Shown: positions 1-12,400 of the stretch, piece by piece
Position numbering within the stretch: the stretch's first letter is position 1
How the letters are laid out: the number at the start of each line of letters is the position of its first letter
Origin: Alloascoidea hylecoeti
Lineage: Eukaryota
DNA length: 64,000 nt
NCBI GenBank assembly: GCA_001600815.1
Contig: BCKZ01000029.1
Span: forward strand, 1-64,000
Reading direction: 5' to 3'
Program-made: the position numbers and the translations under genes
Notes under the pieces: generated by a model
The model's input: only the letters and a program-made list of their open reading frames with translations
Told to the model about the DNA's origin: nothing
The model's database searches: none

Positions 1-189
1 TATAAAACTCGAAGCTATAATGACAAGATTATATAAAATAACCTAATATTAATTATTTATGTTAATTTCAACTCATACCTATAAATTGATATGTACATAT
101 ATAAATTAGACTCCCGGGCCAATTAAGGTTAAATATTAAGTTTATATACTTTATATCAATTGCATCTTGAAAAGCTTCTAGGTCTACAT

Positions 190-940
190 AATAGATGTAG
201 TATTAGAGTGGCCCAATTCCTTAGTCCGATCCATAATAAAAACAGTCAAGTGGATATTTACCTTTAGCTGTTCCACCTGGTAACATAGCATAATAGGCAC
301 CATCCAACACAACATTTCCAACATAGGGAAACTCGGCTCTTGTTGGTCGTAGGTTTATAAGCCATCCATTCCAACATTTGAGTAGCAATAATTGTTTCTG
401 AACAAAAACTTCATAAACAGGAAGTTTAATACTTAAATCACCTCTTGCAACCATAATACCATCAGTTTCTTTTAAAATATCATCAAAAGTATTAACACCT
501 TGTTAATTTTCAATTTTACTGATGATTTATTTAATTATATCAAGAAATAAATCAATATTAAATACTAATAATACTTCTTATCTGTCAATTATTATATCAT
601 AGTCTATAATATATAATATTTTGTCTCATCTTAAAACCACTTCGAAGTTGAGATGCTTTCAATTCTTATTGTTTATCAACTTANCTAATCTACCNTGACG
701 ATATATGTCTGTGTGTGTGCGAGAAACATGACTTTATCATAACAGGCTTTGGCATAGGCTTCATCTAGAGAAAATATCATTTCATGACAAGCTTCGATTG
801 GATAATCCACATCACCAACTGTTGCATCCTGATTTTGGTTCCCTTTGTATTTAAAGCAATAGCTAGAGGACGACCAACCTCTTCAGAATTACGGGCAGTG
901 TCAACAACGGTTTAATGATATTCGTAAAAACCGAGAAGTT
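190..940 (-). pseudogene. CDC19: Pyruvate kinase pseudogene (collinear fragments with stops, frameshifts and large internal deletions)
   Basis: Minus-strand fragments in native PK order: [129 protein letters not shown]-terminal GHSNT. Confidence 0.92.
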
Positions 941-3129
941 TATTCTAATATTATTTAGTTTATCATTTTTTAATTTAACCCCCATATCCATATTAACTAA
1001 TAGTTTTTGGGCCTATTAATTATCGGAACATGTTTATTATTTAAAGTTGGATCAAGACATTTTTATACATGAGTTCATTGAACACGGAGGTATACTCTCA
1101 GATGTTCCGGATTTAGTGTTTCCGTGGTCATGTTTTTAGGCCTTTATATTGGTACCCCATTTTTACTGATGAATTAGGCAATTCGAATGAACAAAATGTC
1201 CATTTACTCGTATATTAACGGACATTTTGTTCCACTTTTGAATTTCCATGTGACAAGCAGAATTAGCCAGATTATATCTGAATGTATCCTAATTATAATA
1301 CAGTTGGGAATATAATATAAATCTAAAGAATTTTACATTTATAAAAAAAAATATGTTAATATTTATTACTATTTATTATATATATAAGATATATATTAAG
1401 CGCCACATGTTAACGATATTTACAATCTAAGAAAATAGATATATATACTAACTTTCATCATTATGTATATATATTAATTATAAATATTAACAACCTTAAT
1501 TTTAAAACATCTTAATTAATATAAGATTCTGATTCCTTTTACTGAGTGAATATAAAATAGCTTTTATATATAAAGTTCCTGTAAGAGTTATTCTCCTAAA
1601 GTGATTACAAAGAATAGAAAGGGTGACAACAATAGAAGCTTTCAAAATTTTGAAGCCCATGTATAAGTCGTTTTGTCCCGCCAAAAAAGAGGTATGTTTC
1701 AAATTTAAATAAATCATAAATTGAAAAATATTTATATTTCAGAATCAAATTGAATAAACCTCAACTTACTTAAGTGGTAAGGCTTTAAAAAGGATAGAAA
1801 ACTCGATTTATTTTATATAAATCTGTTAACTATGACTCTTAAATATGAACTTATTCATTTCTAAAAAAGGGGGATGCCATAAGATATCATCATTAGTAAA
1901 TATTGGTGAATCCCAAAAAAGACAATAAAATCATTCAAAAGTCTTGGACTTTTTCTCGTTGCTTAATTAGAGCCGGTAAGTCACTATTTTATATCCCAAT
2001 TGGAATGTTGTCATGCAAAGAAATCAAAGTCATATATATGATCAATGAGAAAAGTGTTAGAGTGGTGTGTGATATAATATACTCCTGTATGTCAATTATA
2101 CGTAGGTTCTTGTTGATAGCTTACACTGATGTTCATCATATCATGGGTTGAATCCAAGAAATGATACCTTTAGCAGAGTGTTCCGAGTTTAATGTTCCAC
2201 TCTGTGCCCAAGTAATTGGAAAAAGATGGTGATATTATGGCGGATAAAGCATCTTTGATAATTAAGATCTCAGAAATAAGGATTTATTTGAATACTTTAA
2301 ACTTATCTATTTACAATTACTTACCTACTATTACCATTTTCCATATAAATGAATCAATAACACTGCAAAGCTATCAATGAAAATAATAATGGCTTACTTT
2401 AATATATTACCAATCATCGAAAGTAATTTTGCTAAGTGATGAATGAAGAAAACAATTGTTTAAAATATTCAGGTCCTCAAAATTTATACGGTACATATTA
2501 GAAGAATTCTTTTCAGTTTGGATCATCATTAGACGAGATTAAATCATATTCTTTGGTGTTAGAAGGTAATATTTTCTTTGGTTACGAATATTTTACCACA
2601 AAACACATCTGGTTTTTAATTAGATTCAAAAAAAAAAACTGCTCCTCGAGACTTAAGGAAATTGGATCTTATATTAAGCACGTTGTGGGTTGATATTTAA
2701 ATTTTCATGAAGGTCCAATCATAATTTCTTAAGTAAAGGAAAATGCAATTAAATCACTGCAAAAAGGTAAAATAATATCAGATCTCCCAAGATGGAAAAT
2801 TTTGGTATTAAAATTGAAAATATAAGGAAATTTAAAGGCTATTAATAAAAACTAAAATGTTAAATTCAATTGAAATATCAGGATTAAAAACTATTAATTA
2901 CAATTGCACTATTCAGAATAGCAAAAATTGTAATAAAAATATAATCACTTGGTATAATGATCATACATTTACCATCAACCATATAGAACTCGAGTTATTT
3001 AATATTCTTTTTTTAATTTTTCAAAAACCACTCCAAGATACGCGAAAAAGTTCCTAAATCTATCTCTGCCGCTCAAAAGTTTTATTTTTAAACACCCACT
3101 AAGCCATCATTAAAACAGCACTAATAAAT

Positions 3130-3650
3130 CAGAGCGATCATGAGAACAACCTCCTATTCTCAGATCTTGAATATAATAAACTAAACACGGAGATGTCGTA
3201 TGTAAAGGTTACCAACTAATTTGGTATCTCAAAATCGACTCTTCACCTTCACTTCCACTATAAATTATCAAATCAAGGCTCCAACCAAAATCAAAGGCAG
3301 GCTTTACATACTCTTTAGGAGCAAAAGATAATTTGGTAACATTTTAATTTTGTATAAAAAAGGTTGTGCCTCTAATGTGAGAAGTTTTCGGTTGATGATG
3401 ATTATGGAGCGTGAAAAAAGATTCATCTCAAAAATTATCAAGGAACGCAATAACAAAGCATTACTGTTGCACAAAATATTATATATTAGTCATTGCCAGA
3501 AATTCTATAGTTATCTATGAGAGAATCAGAAAACTTGATGAGTATTCCATTCTTAAAGATATTTTGGATTATCACTCATCAAACTTTACTATTTACTTCA
3601 AGACCCAATTCATCTTTTCCCTTTATATCTTTCTAAGGTCCAACATAAAT
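3130..3650 (+). mobile_element. Decayed pogo/Fot1-like (Tc1/mariner superfamily) transposase relic
   Basis: From 3193: MSYVKVTN*FGISKSTLHLHF..K.S....RQAL...*EQKII, resembling the Psq-type HTH plus start of the CENP-B HTH. Downstream ILDYHSSN resembles the DDE_1 motif (L)ILDGHSSH. Multiple stops; no TIRs recognised. Confidence 0.6.
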
Positions 3651-3679
3651 TATAATCATTAGGTGAAGAATCTAATAGA

Positions 3680-4946
3680 TTATAAATGTTTCAAATATTG
3701 TTTCCTTAAATTTTCAGTGAAATCATAAATAACAACATCATCATTCACATTTAAAGTAGCTAGTCTTTTCGAATCAGCATCAATTAGGAAAAGAGGACAG
3801 AATTGTTTCATGTTTAAGGTTTTTATATATTTTCAAGTCATTTAAATCCCAAATCCTAATAATATCAATATTAATAGAAAAGATCTTATTATTAATTATA
3901 CATAAATCATCTGATAAAAGTTTTGCTTCATTTGTTTGTAAATCCAGAACTGTTATTCGGTCTAATTGGCCAACAAGTAAGTATTGATCATTTACACTAA
4001 TACGATTTATAAAATCAAATCGGAATTCTTGGATTTCTTGACCAGTTTCAATATTCCAGCTTACAATAGACTCCACAGCATTCCAGCTTCTTGAAATAGG
4101 CACCCCAGTACCATATAAAATACCATTATGAATGCAAATACCATTAATCCTATCTGCTATTTTTAAACGGCGTTGCAAATTAAACTGTGGTAGTTGATCT
4201 TCTAAATTATCAAGACTTGATCTCCAAACCTCTATACAACAATCAACAGAACATACAATATAATCATTATATATAGCGATATCCCTTATAATTCTATGTT
4301 CTGGTATTATCAAACGATTTATCGGTTTAAAGTCTGGTAATTTCCAAATTATACAGCACCCATCACATGAACCAGAAACCAAATACTTGTCATCAATATC
4401 CATACAAGTAACTTTACCCAAATGAAATTTGATATTAATATCTTTTGTTAATTCCAATATCTTCTCTGCTGATTCTTCTAAATTTTCAAAACCTAGTACA
4501 CCAGATTCTCTTAAGCTTTGAACCTCACCTAAAACTACTAAACATTGAAACGTTTCATTATCCCAAATTCTTATTGTACAATCTACTGAACCAGTTAAAA
4601 TCCAGTTTTTATACAATTTAAAACAAATTGTTTTGTCAAAATGGCCAACTAATGCATGCTGTCTAAATTCACCATTTTTCCAATTTAATTCTAAAAGATG
4701 ACGTTCTTTGTATAATTCATACCATGAATCAGTTTCAGAATCATTATTATAGTATTCCCATGATTTTTGATAAAACATTAATCTCCATATATTATCATAT
4801 TCAGCCATTTGTTTCCATGATTTAGACACTCTTCTACAATCAAGTAAAGTTGTCACTGGTAAATCCAAGAACATCATTTCGGATATTTCATTAGGGAGAT
4901 CGGAAACCAAATCTGTTGTCGTCTCAAGATTTTTCTGTAATAACAT
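3680..4946 (-). CDS. F-box/WD40-repeat protein with a 1-nt frameshift near the 3' end (possible young pseudogene or sequence error)
   Basis: F-box LPNEISEMMFLDL..LLDCRRVSKSWK; WD40 repeats GHFDKT..ILTGSVDCTIRIWD and LVSGSCDGCCIIWK. ORF stops at 3780, but the +1 frame continues a WD-like tail to a TAA at 3682-3680. Confidence 0.85.
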
Positions 4947-5559
4947 TTTGTAATTATATAAATGGTTCTCGCTTACGTACTCCTGTTTTTCGATAATATT
5001 ATGGCTTTTTCCAATAGAAAATGGGAAGAAAAGAAAGGAGCTACAAATTTTACTCTCAGTTTCTGCGAAATCTGGTGAACGTGGGTACCAGCGGCATTCT
5101 AACTTTGTGGAAGAGCCGCATTAATAATGTAGTTGTATGGCGAAATCTTCATAAACGTAACATCGAAATATCCGCCTGACAAATGACGTAATAAAATAAG
5201 CTAAGTGGTGAAATTTAATATCATTCAAATTACGAAATACATTATTCTAGACAACGCGCTATGTGTCACCGCATATACGAATTATGTGCCATAAAGCTAG
5301 AGATTGTCTTGTAAGGATACGAAGAGTTAGAGCAAAATATTCAAATATAATTATTAATGATGATTCAATTAGGACTGAAAGATGATCTTCACCTAGGATG
5401 AGAAAAGAGATCGATGGTCTAGCTGGTTATAATCCACAGGAAGTTAGGAAAACGATCAAAGAATATAATGAAATTTAGAATCAACAAAAATAAAACTTAA
5501 AGACAAAAAAGAAAAAAGAAGTGAAAATTACTGTAATTTATTTAAAAAAAAGTGAAGAA

Positions 5560-6930
5560 AGGGGATGAAGATGCAGAATATAACCCAAAAAGTAGAACAT
5601 TACGATCAAACTAAACAGGATATATTAACGATAATAATTTATTTGTCAGAAAATTAATAAATTTAAATATTCTTGATGAAGATAAACAAAAGAATCTTCA
5701 AATTATATCGTATGAATCTATCACATTCTGAATATCAAGTTGGTAGAAATTATTTGGAAACTTTAATGTATATAAAACTACAAAAAATTCTTCCTCCTCT
5801 AACAATAATGAAGAACAACATGTTATTTCTATCGAATCTACAAGAAAACAATCAGATGATGATTATGTTTTAGATAAAATTAAAAAAAGATTACTACAAT
5901 ATCTTGCTGTTTTACAATTACACCAACATTTTGAAACTGAAAAAGAAGCTGAAAATTCTAAAAAATTGATACAAGTTTTAATTAAAGATGTTGATTCAAA
6001 TAATAAATAATCAATGAAGAAGGTCTGCTTTTTCAAAACTATTACATAAATATTCATCTTTTTGATATTAATGATATTAATGATGACTCTTCTGAAAAGG
6101 AAGAAAAAAACTGAAATAATCAAAGTTTAACCAAAACCAGAACCATCTAAATCAAAAGCACCTATTTCACTACTTGTTGGACCTCCAGGTGTTGATAAAA
6201 CAAGTTTGGCTAAATCAGTTGCCGCAACCCTTGGTCATAAATTCCATTGTATTTCACTTGAAAAGTTGTGTTATGATAAAATTGGTGATAATGATGGTGA
6301 TTNATCTGCTGCAATGTTAGAAGTTTTAGATCCTGATCCCAAACTACTACTACTGCAAATTATGATCATGATGCATGGAAGTAAATGTTGATAATAAACC
6401 ATTAATGAAAATTGGCACTTGTTATACCCGTGAAGCTGATGTTAAAAATCTTGAAAAAGAACTTGCTAGTATTTGTCATCATCTTCTACTCCAATTTATA
6501 ATGGTATGGAAGATCTATAGAAGTATATTGGTATTTCCCTTCGAANTAGAATGGGACTTGTTAATGGTCTTGTATACATGGGAAGTGCTGATCCAAAAGA
6601 TGGACCTGGTGGCGGTGGTGGTGCTAGTGCTGGTGCTGGTCCAGTAATCACAATAACACTCTTATCTCTATTAACTAAGACACCTGTTCCAAGTGATTCA
6701 GCAATGACTGGAGAAATGACAGCACATGGTAAAATTTTACCTGTTGGTGCTCATCTAGCAGGTGTAACAAAAGTAATAGAATTGGAAGGCGAAAATTTTA
6801 TTAAACAAGAATTAGATGTCGATATTCAATATGTTGGCAGCATTTGGAATCTGATTCCTCTTGTCGGAGTTAATGTTATTGATGATGATAATGATCCTAA
6901 AGTTGAAGGGTTTAGATTGTTATTGATTTA
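5560..6930 (+). pseudogene. Lon protease pseudogene (probably peroxisomal Lon type)
   Basis: Ordered fragments RMNLSHSEYQVGRNYLETL; DKIKKRLLQYLAVLQL; broken Walker [74 protein letters not shown]. Many frameshifts, stops and deletions. Confidence 0.9.
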
Positions 6931-7737
6931 CTTTAAACTGTACTTATTTTAGAATATTCAGATAAATTCAGAATTTTAGCTACTGTCGATGTCACCGATG
7001 GATTAAATACATCTGTTGAATATCAGGAATTGGGAATTTATATATATATATATTTAAAATACATAGATTAATAAATAGTAATAATTGCAATTTTGAATGT
7101 TACCCGGATATCAAATATGCCTGCTCTTCCCAACCCCCTTTTAATTATAATCGATCAACTTCTCTTATCATTAATATGAATGGTTACCAAGAGCAATTCT
7201 TAGAGCTTGAACGAAGTCGAGAAACGTATTCAAGACCTTGAAAGTCGTTCGAATTCTAATGAACAGGGACGAATATTTGAAGACATAGTTCTCAAATCAT
7301 ATTTTGGTGACTTACATGAGATTAATATCTGNNNNNNNNNNNNNNNNNNNNNNNNNNNNNNNNNNNNNNNNNNNNNNNNNNNNNNNNNNNNNNNNNNNNN
7401 NNNNNNNNNNNNNNGTCCCTGTTCATTAGAATTCGAACGACTTTCAAGGTCCTGAATACGTTTCTCGACTTCACGTTCAAGAAGAAGTTGATTGATTATT
7501 ATTAAAATGTATTTTGTATCCGGGTAACATTTAAAATTGCAATTATAATTATCTCTTTATTAATCTATTTATATTAAATTTATATATATAAATTCCCAAT
7601 TCCTGATATTCAACAGATGTATTTAATCCATCGGTGACATCGACAGTAGCTAAAATTCTGAATTTATCTGAATATTTTAAAATAAGTACAGTTTAAAGTA
7701 AATCAATAACAATCTAAACCCTTCAACTTTAGGATCA
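6892..7737. repeat. Diverged inverted repeat, arms 6892-7270 and 7415-7737, flanking an 83-N assembly gap (7332-7414)
   Basis: TGATCCTAAAGTTGAAGGG...GAACAGGGAC is matched by its reverse complement GTCCCTGTTC...CCCTTCAACTTTAGGATCA, with substitutions and indels between the arms. Confidence 0.95.
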
Positions 7738-8716
7738 ATATATATATATATTAATTTTTTAAAATTGAACAAAGTTTTTCTAATAATGCTTTTTGTGAAA
7801 GAAATCTAACATATAAAGAAGTTGGTAATAATGATGTATTTGAAGCTTGTAATTATTCATAATTTAATAAAAATTCATCAAGATAACCAAATAAATCTAT
7901 TGATGAATTATAACATGATCTAACAAGGTTATAATTATATTCTAGATTACCAGTTAATAATGATTTTGTATCTAGGTATACAGTGATTTTGGCTTCTATT
8001 GGGTGTGTGCTCATTAACTTTGATATATTTATTTGAACCAGCAGCTATTTTTTCCGAAAATGAAATGACCATAGCGATAGTTCCTTATAATTATAAAATT
8101 TTGAAGTAAATCATACACATTTATTAGTTATAGTTAAATTTCCATAGATGTAAAATAATAAAGTACTTAACTGTTCCGCATTATCAGCAAATTGGGTCCA
8201 AAAACTAAACAGTCAAAAAGTCCTCGATTTACTCCATCTTCACCAGAAAAGTTCTTAGAAGACATCTCTCTTATTCTAGACCATTAAACCATGTTTAAAT
8301 TTTAAAGGGTTGTCAGCTGTTCTCGCACAAGAGTTAATTGGGAAGACAAGTGGAAAATTGAATAAGCCCATAAACATTGCAGCTATGTAATCTCAAAGAT
8401 TGATCGTCCTTCTCCCACTTATGTTCAATGTTGGTGTTTTCGGTGAGAAGTTAAGTATTATGGATTGCATTTTTTGGTGGTGGATTTTCCTAATTATAAG
8501 GAATCTACATTCATCTTATACTATCTCTTTAGACAAATCGAAGCCCATTATATATATTATCGCTGAAAGGATCATAACCGATCCGATCTATAAGTAACTT
8601 ATGTTGACAATTATAATGAATTACTCTCAATTGCACGTCAATATTAATGATATCGATGCATATGTTATAACGAAGATGATTCTTCATATATTATAGCGCT
8701 AATGGTATAAACACTA

Positions 8717-9490
8717 TTACTTATAACTAACTACTACATTACTAGTGATAAAACTAATCATTTGCAATTGATTCCTTCCGATGCTCCTATTTTTAACTAA
8801 ATTTTTATAAATTTTCCCGAAGAACAAATTTCTAATAGTTTTTGCATAAACTTTTGCATCATAATGTCTTTGTATTTGTTCATCTCTTTTACGTGTACCT
8901 GGATATTTTGGATCATGTAAAGGTCTTGAAGTTAATGGAGTTGTTTTAACTATCAAAACTGGTTCATCATTCGGTATATTATTATCCTTGTCTGGGTTTG
9001 GAGTATTATTATTTGAGTCAGAATTAGGTAATGAAGGTTCTTTTAATTCATTAGATTCTAAATTTGATGATAATTGTGATTTTTTGATTGTGAATTTGAA
9101 TTTTTCATTAGAACAGATGGTGGAGATTATCATTTTTCTCCGAATCTTCAAGAATATCCGATTTATTAGATTTTTCATTAATCTTCAGTTTCAGATTCTT
9201 TAGATTACAGGTATTGGTGAATCTATCAATACAGGTTCTAATAATGGTTCTTGAGTTTTTAAATTTTCTTGTGATTTTGATTTTGATTTTGATTTTGATT
9301 TTGATTTTGATTTTGATTTTGATTTTGATTTTGATTTTGATTTTAAATTTCTTTCAGTTGAAGTTTTATAATTATTATTATTATTATTTTGTAATTCTTT
9401 TTGAGTTGGTAAGAAATTTAATGCTTGTCTTATTGTATTTTTATTTACTCTATTTGGTGGTGGAAATGAGCTTAAATATAAAGAATAATT
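8717..9490 (-). pseudogene. Frameshifted remnant of an unidentified low-complexity protein gene
   Basis: Coding-like stretches in changing frames: LSSFPPPNRVNKNTIRQALNFLPTQKELQNNNNNN..(KS)n..EPLLEPVLIDSPIP, then PLTSRPLHDPKYPGTRKRDEQIQRHYDAKVYAKTIRNLFFGK. Confidence 0.5.
9273..9344. repeat. (GATTTT)12 hexanucleotide microsatellite
   Basis: Twelve perfect units; reads as Lys-Ser repeats on the minus strand. Confidence 0.97.
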
Positions 9491-12400
9491 ATATAATTAT
9501 AAGCAGATGAACACAAACACGATTATTGCAACTAAATTTATAAATATATTTGTTCATAACTATTCCAAATCCAAACACGGTCGATGTTATGAACGTTAAC
9601 GGAATGCTTAATAAATGACTTTTTCCGACTTTGTAAACGTAATTATACGTTCGCGGTTGAATCTATTAAATATTATACATGTAATTAAGCGCCACTGTAT
9701 TCATTCAATTTGAAAGTCAGTTGCAATTATTAAGAGATATTAAAAGCGATAACGTTCGGCACTTATACGCGATCCACCCATTACGAGAATGTACTGTGAT
9801 CTTGATATTTATTATGCCTTTCATATAATACAGACGGCCTATAAAATGCCGAACCATCAAAGAGTCAATTCATTCAGCAAGGCTAATTTTATCACTCCGA
9901 TAAGTATTCTAGTTGGAATGAGACTTACAAAAAGATAATTGTAAATCAATATTTCATTTGATTACACTATTATAGTCATTGACATCTACAATTTTGTATT
10001 ATTTAACATGTTTATAAATTACCAAAACCAGTGTATATAACGATTAAAAACCTGTATATATACAATAATAATATTTAATATTATAATGATATCGATTATT
10101 CTAAATAAAAATTTAAACAATGCCATGCAAGTGAATTTTTAAATATCTCTAGGGTTAACTCTATTATTAACGTTAACAGCAAGATCAATAAATATTAGTT
10201 ATATATCAATGAGACTAATAGTGCCAATGGTCTGGTAGAAGTCATCTAATCATTTTAATCTATAAATATGGTTTACAAATTGGGTAACTAGAAACGGCTT
10301 ATCGTAACGGAAATTAAATTAATATAACTATAGATTCTTGGAAGCTAAGATATTCAGCAATTTATCACGTTTCATATGACAATATTTAAGGGTCCAAGAG
10401 ATAATTATAAAATTCCATATGCATAAAATCAACATGTTGCGATTGAATATCAATAACGTTATCACACAATATTCTGCGATAAACCTGAATTATTATTACG
10501 ATAAGGCACTAATTATCACTCATAAATACATTTCAGAAAAATAATAATCACGGCCTTCACAGTGCCACAGTACCATATTTCCGACTCTCTGCTATATGTT
10601 TACATTCAAATTATGTTAATTAAACGTTTTCCGGATTCTATATATACCCAATGTTACCTATAATAATGTTATAATATAAGCTTAAATTTATACTTAAATT
10701 CTGTTGATGCCCATCTATGGTGATGCCGTGGATGGGACAATGCAACAGCCCTCCATTATTAATAATTAGATCTTATTAATTATGAATGTTTTGTTCCAAT
10801 AATGTATAGCCCATACTAATTAATTAATAATCTTTTTCATATGTTTATAATGTTTCTCTATTTCTATTGAATTTATTTCAAACCGGACAGATACCGAATA
10901 GCTACGGATATCTGTCATAAATATCCAAATTTCTGTAATTTGGTTTTAGTTAATTAATTAAAATAAAATATAATAAAACAACAATATCATCATCATAAAA
11001 ATAGATATTATATCTCATCTCAATCAAAAATTCGAAATTTTATAAACTTCAAATTCTTTAAAAATTATAATCATACCAATTTGAGGCTTTTTCTCAGATG
11101 ATAATGATATTGAATCTATTGATTATTGAATCTATTAGCCAATAAAATTTTGGTTATTCAAACACATTTTTTGTATCAATATTTACGAGAGTACGGGGTT
11201 GGAATAAATTTATCAGCCATTTGAATAAACATTAAATAAATTAATATATGAAACCTCATATAGATGTCAAAGAATCCGTTTATTTAAATATATCGTAAGC
11301 ATATGGCAATGGGGAACACTAGAGCTATTCTTATTCTCTTCTTTCTTTCAGATTATAAGTAAATCTGTCTAAAACAAAATTCTAGTTGGAAACAAGTACA
11401 AAAAGTAGTTCAAATCCCATATAAATTGGTAATAGGAAACGATACGCCGGTAATAGTGTTAATAGGTCATCTGAAGGTCATTTGAATCTTGCAATCTTAA
11501 GTAATCAAAAATTTAAAGATCATGCTAAATTGTCTTGTTGTATAATTAGTTGAGTTATTGTTATTAAGTATGATTTAAAAATAGCTTCTGTGAAAACAGT
11601 GTGAATCTTAAAATATGAATTGTTTTTGAAAAACCAAAATAAATTTATTTAATATTAAGAATTTCTTAGTGAATTTTCAGACAATAATAATGATAATATC
11701 AAGAAAGAGGCTTCTAGAATTCTAGAATAATGGCTGTATAAAACAATAGTGGCAAAGAATGATCATGCTCGAGGAACAACAACATTCAAATTAAAACCAC
11801 TACAATATTCAGTTATTAATAACCTTATATCATAAAACCTGGGGTAAAGGACATAAGGAAATAAATATTAATAGAAACTAGTAAACTTATTAGTTACATA
11901 AAACCTCCGATATCGGAAGAAGTATTACAGCACGCACGGTTACCAAATAACAAATAAACATCAAAATTCAAAAAGCCTAAATAAATGAGTAAAACTTCAA
12001 TTGTAAAGCACATCATATATCCGTTAGTAATTCATTGTTGAATCAATAATTTAGCCGATCTAGTATGAAAGGCACTCCCCGTGTATTTGCAACACTCGAG
12101 CTCATAAGATGACTGTGATCGTGACTAAAGTGAATGGAACAGCCATCGGCTTTAAATACAAATTCAATATTAGCTGTCAAAAGTTAAACCCACGAATGTT
12201 ATACTGGTGATTTGAACTAATCACAACTATTCTCATGCATAAAGACTGTCCGATTTGCTGTTATTACTCAATTACCATTAACTTTAAGAAGAAGAATATT
12301 TCTTAAACCTGGGTAACTCAACAGTTCATATATTTAAGACATATCAATATCACTATTATTTCTTATGATCATCATTTCTTTCTTGTTGACGAAGATCTAA

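Noticed and set aside
9214..9510. 98-aa + strand ORF with an ILILIL run
   Set aside because: Antisense reading of the (GATTTT)12 repeat.
11000..11850. Coding-like decayed stretch (EFLSEFSDNNNDNIKKEASRILE*W)
   Set aside because: No recognisable family; cannot be distinguished from chance.
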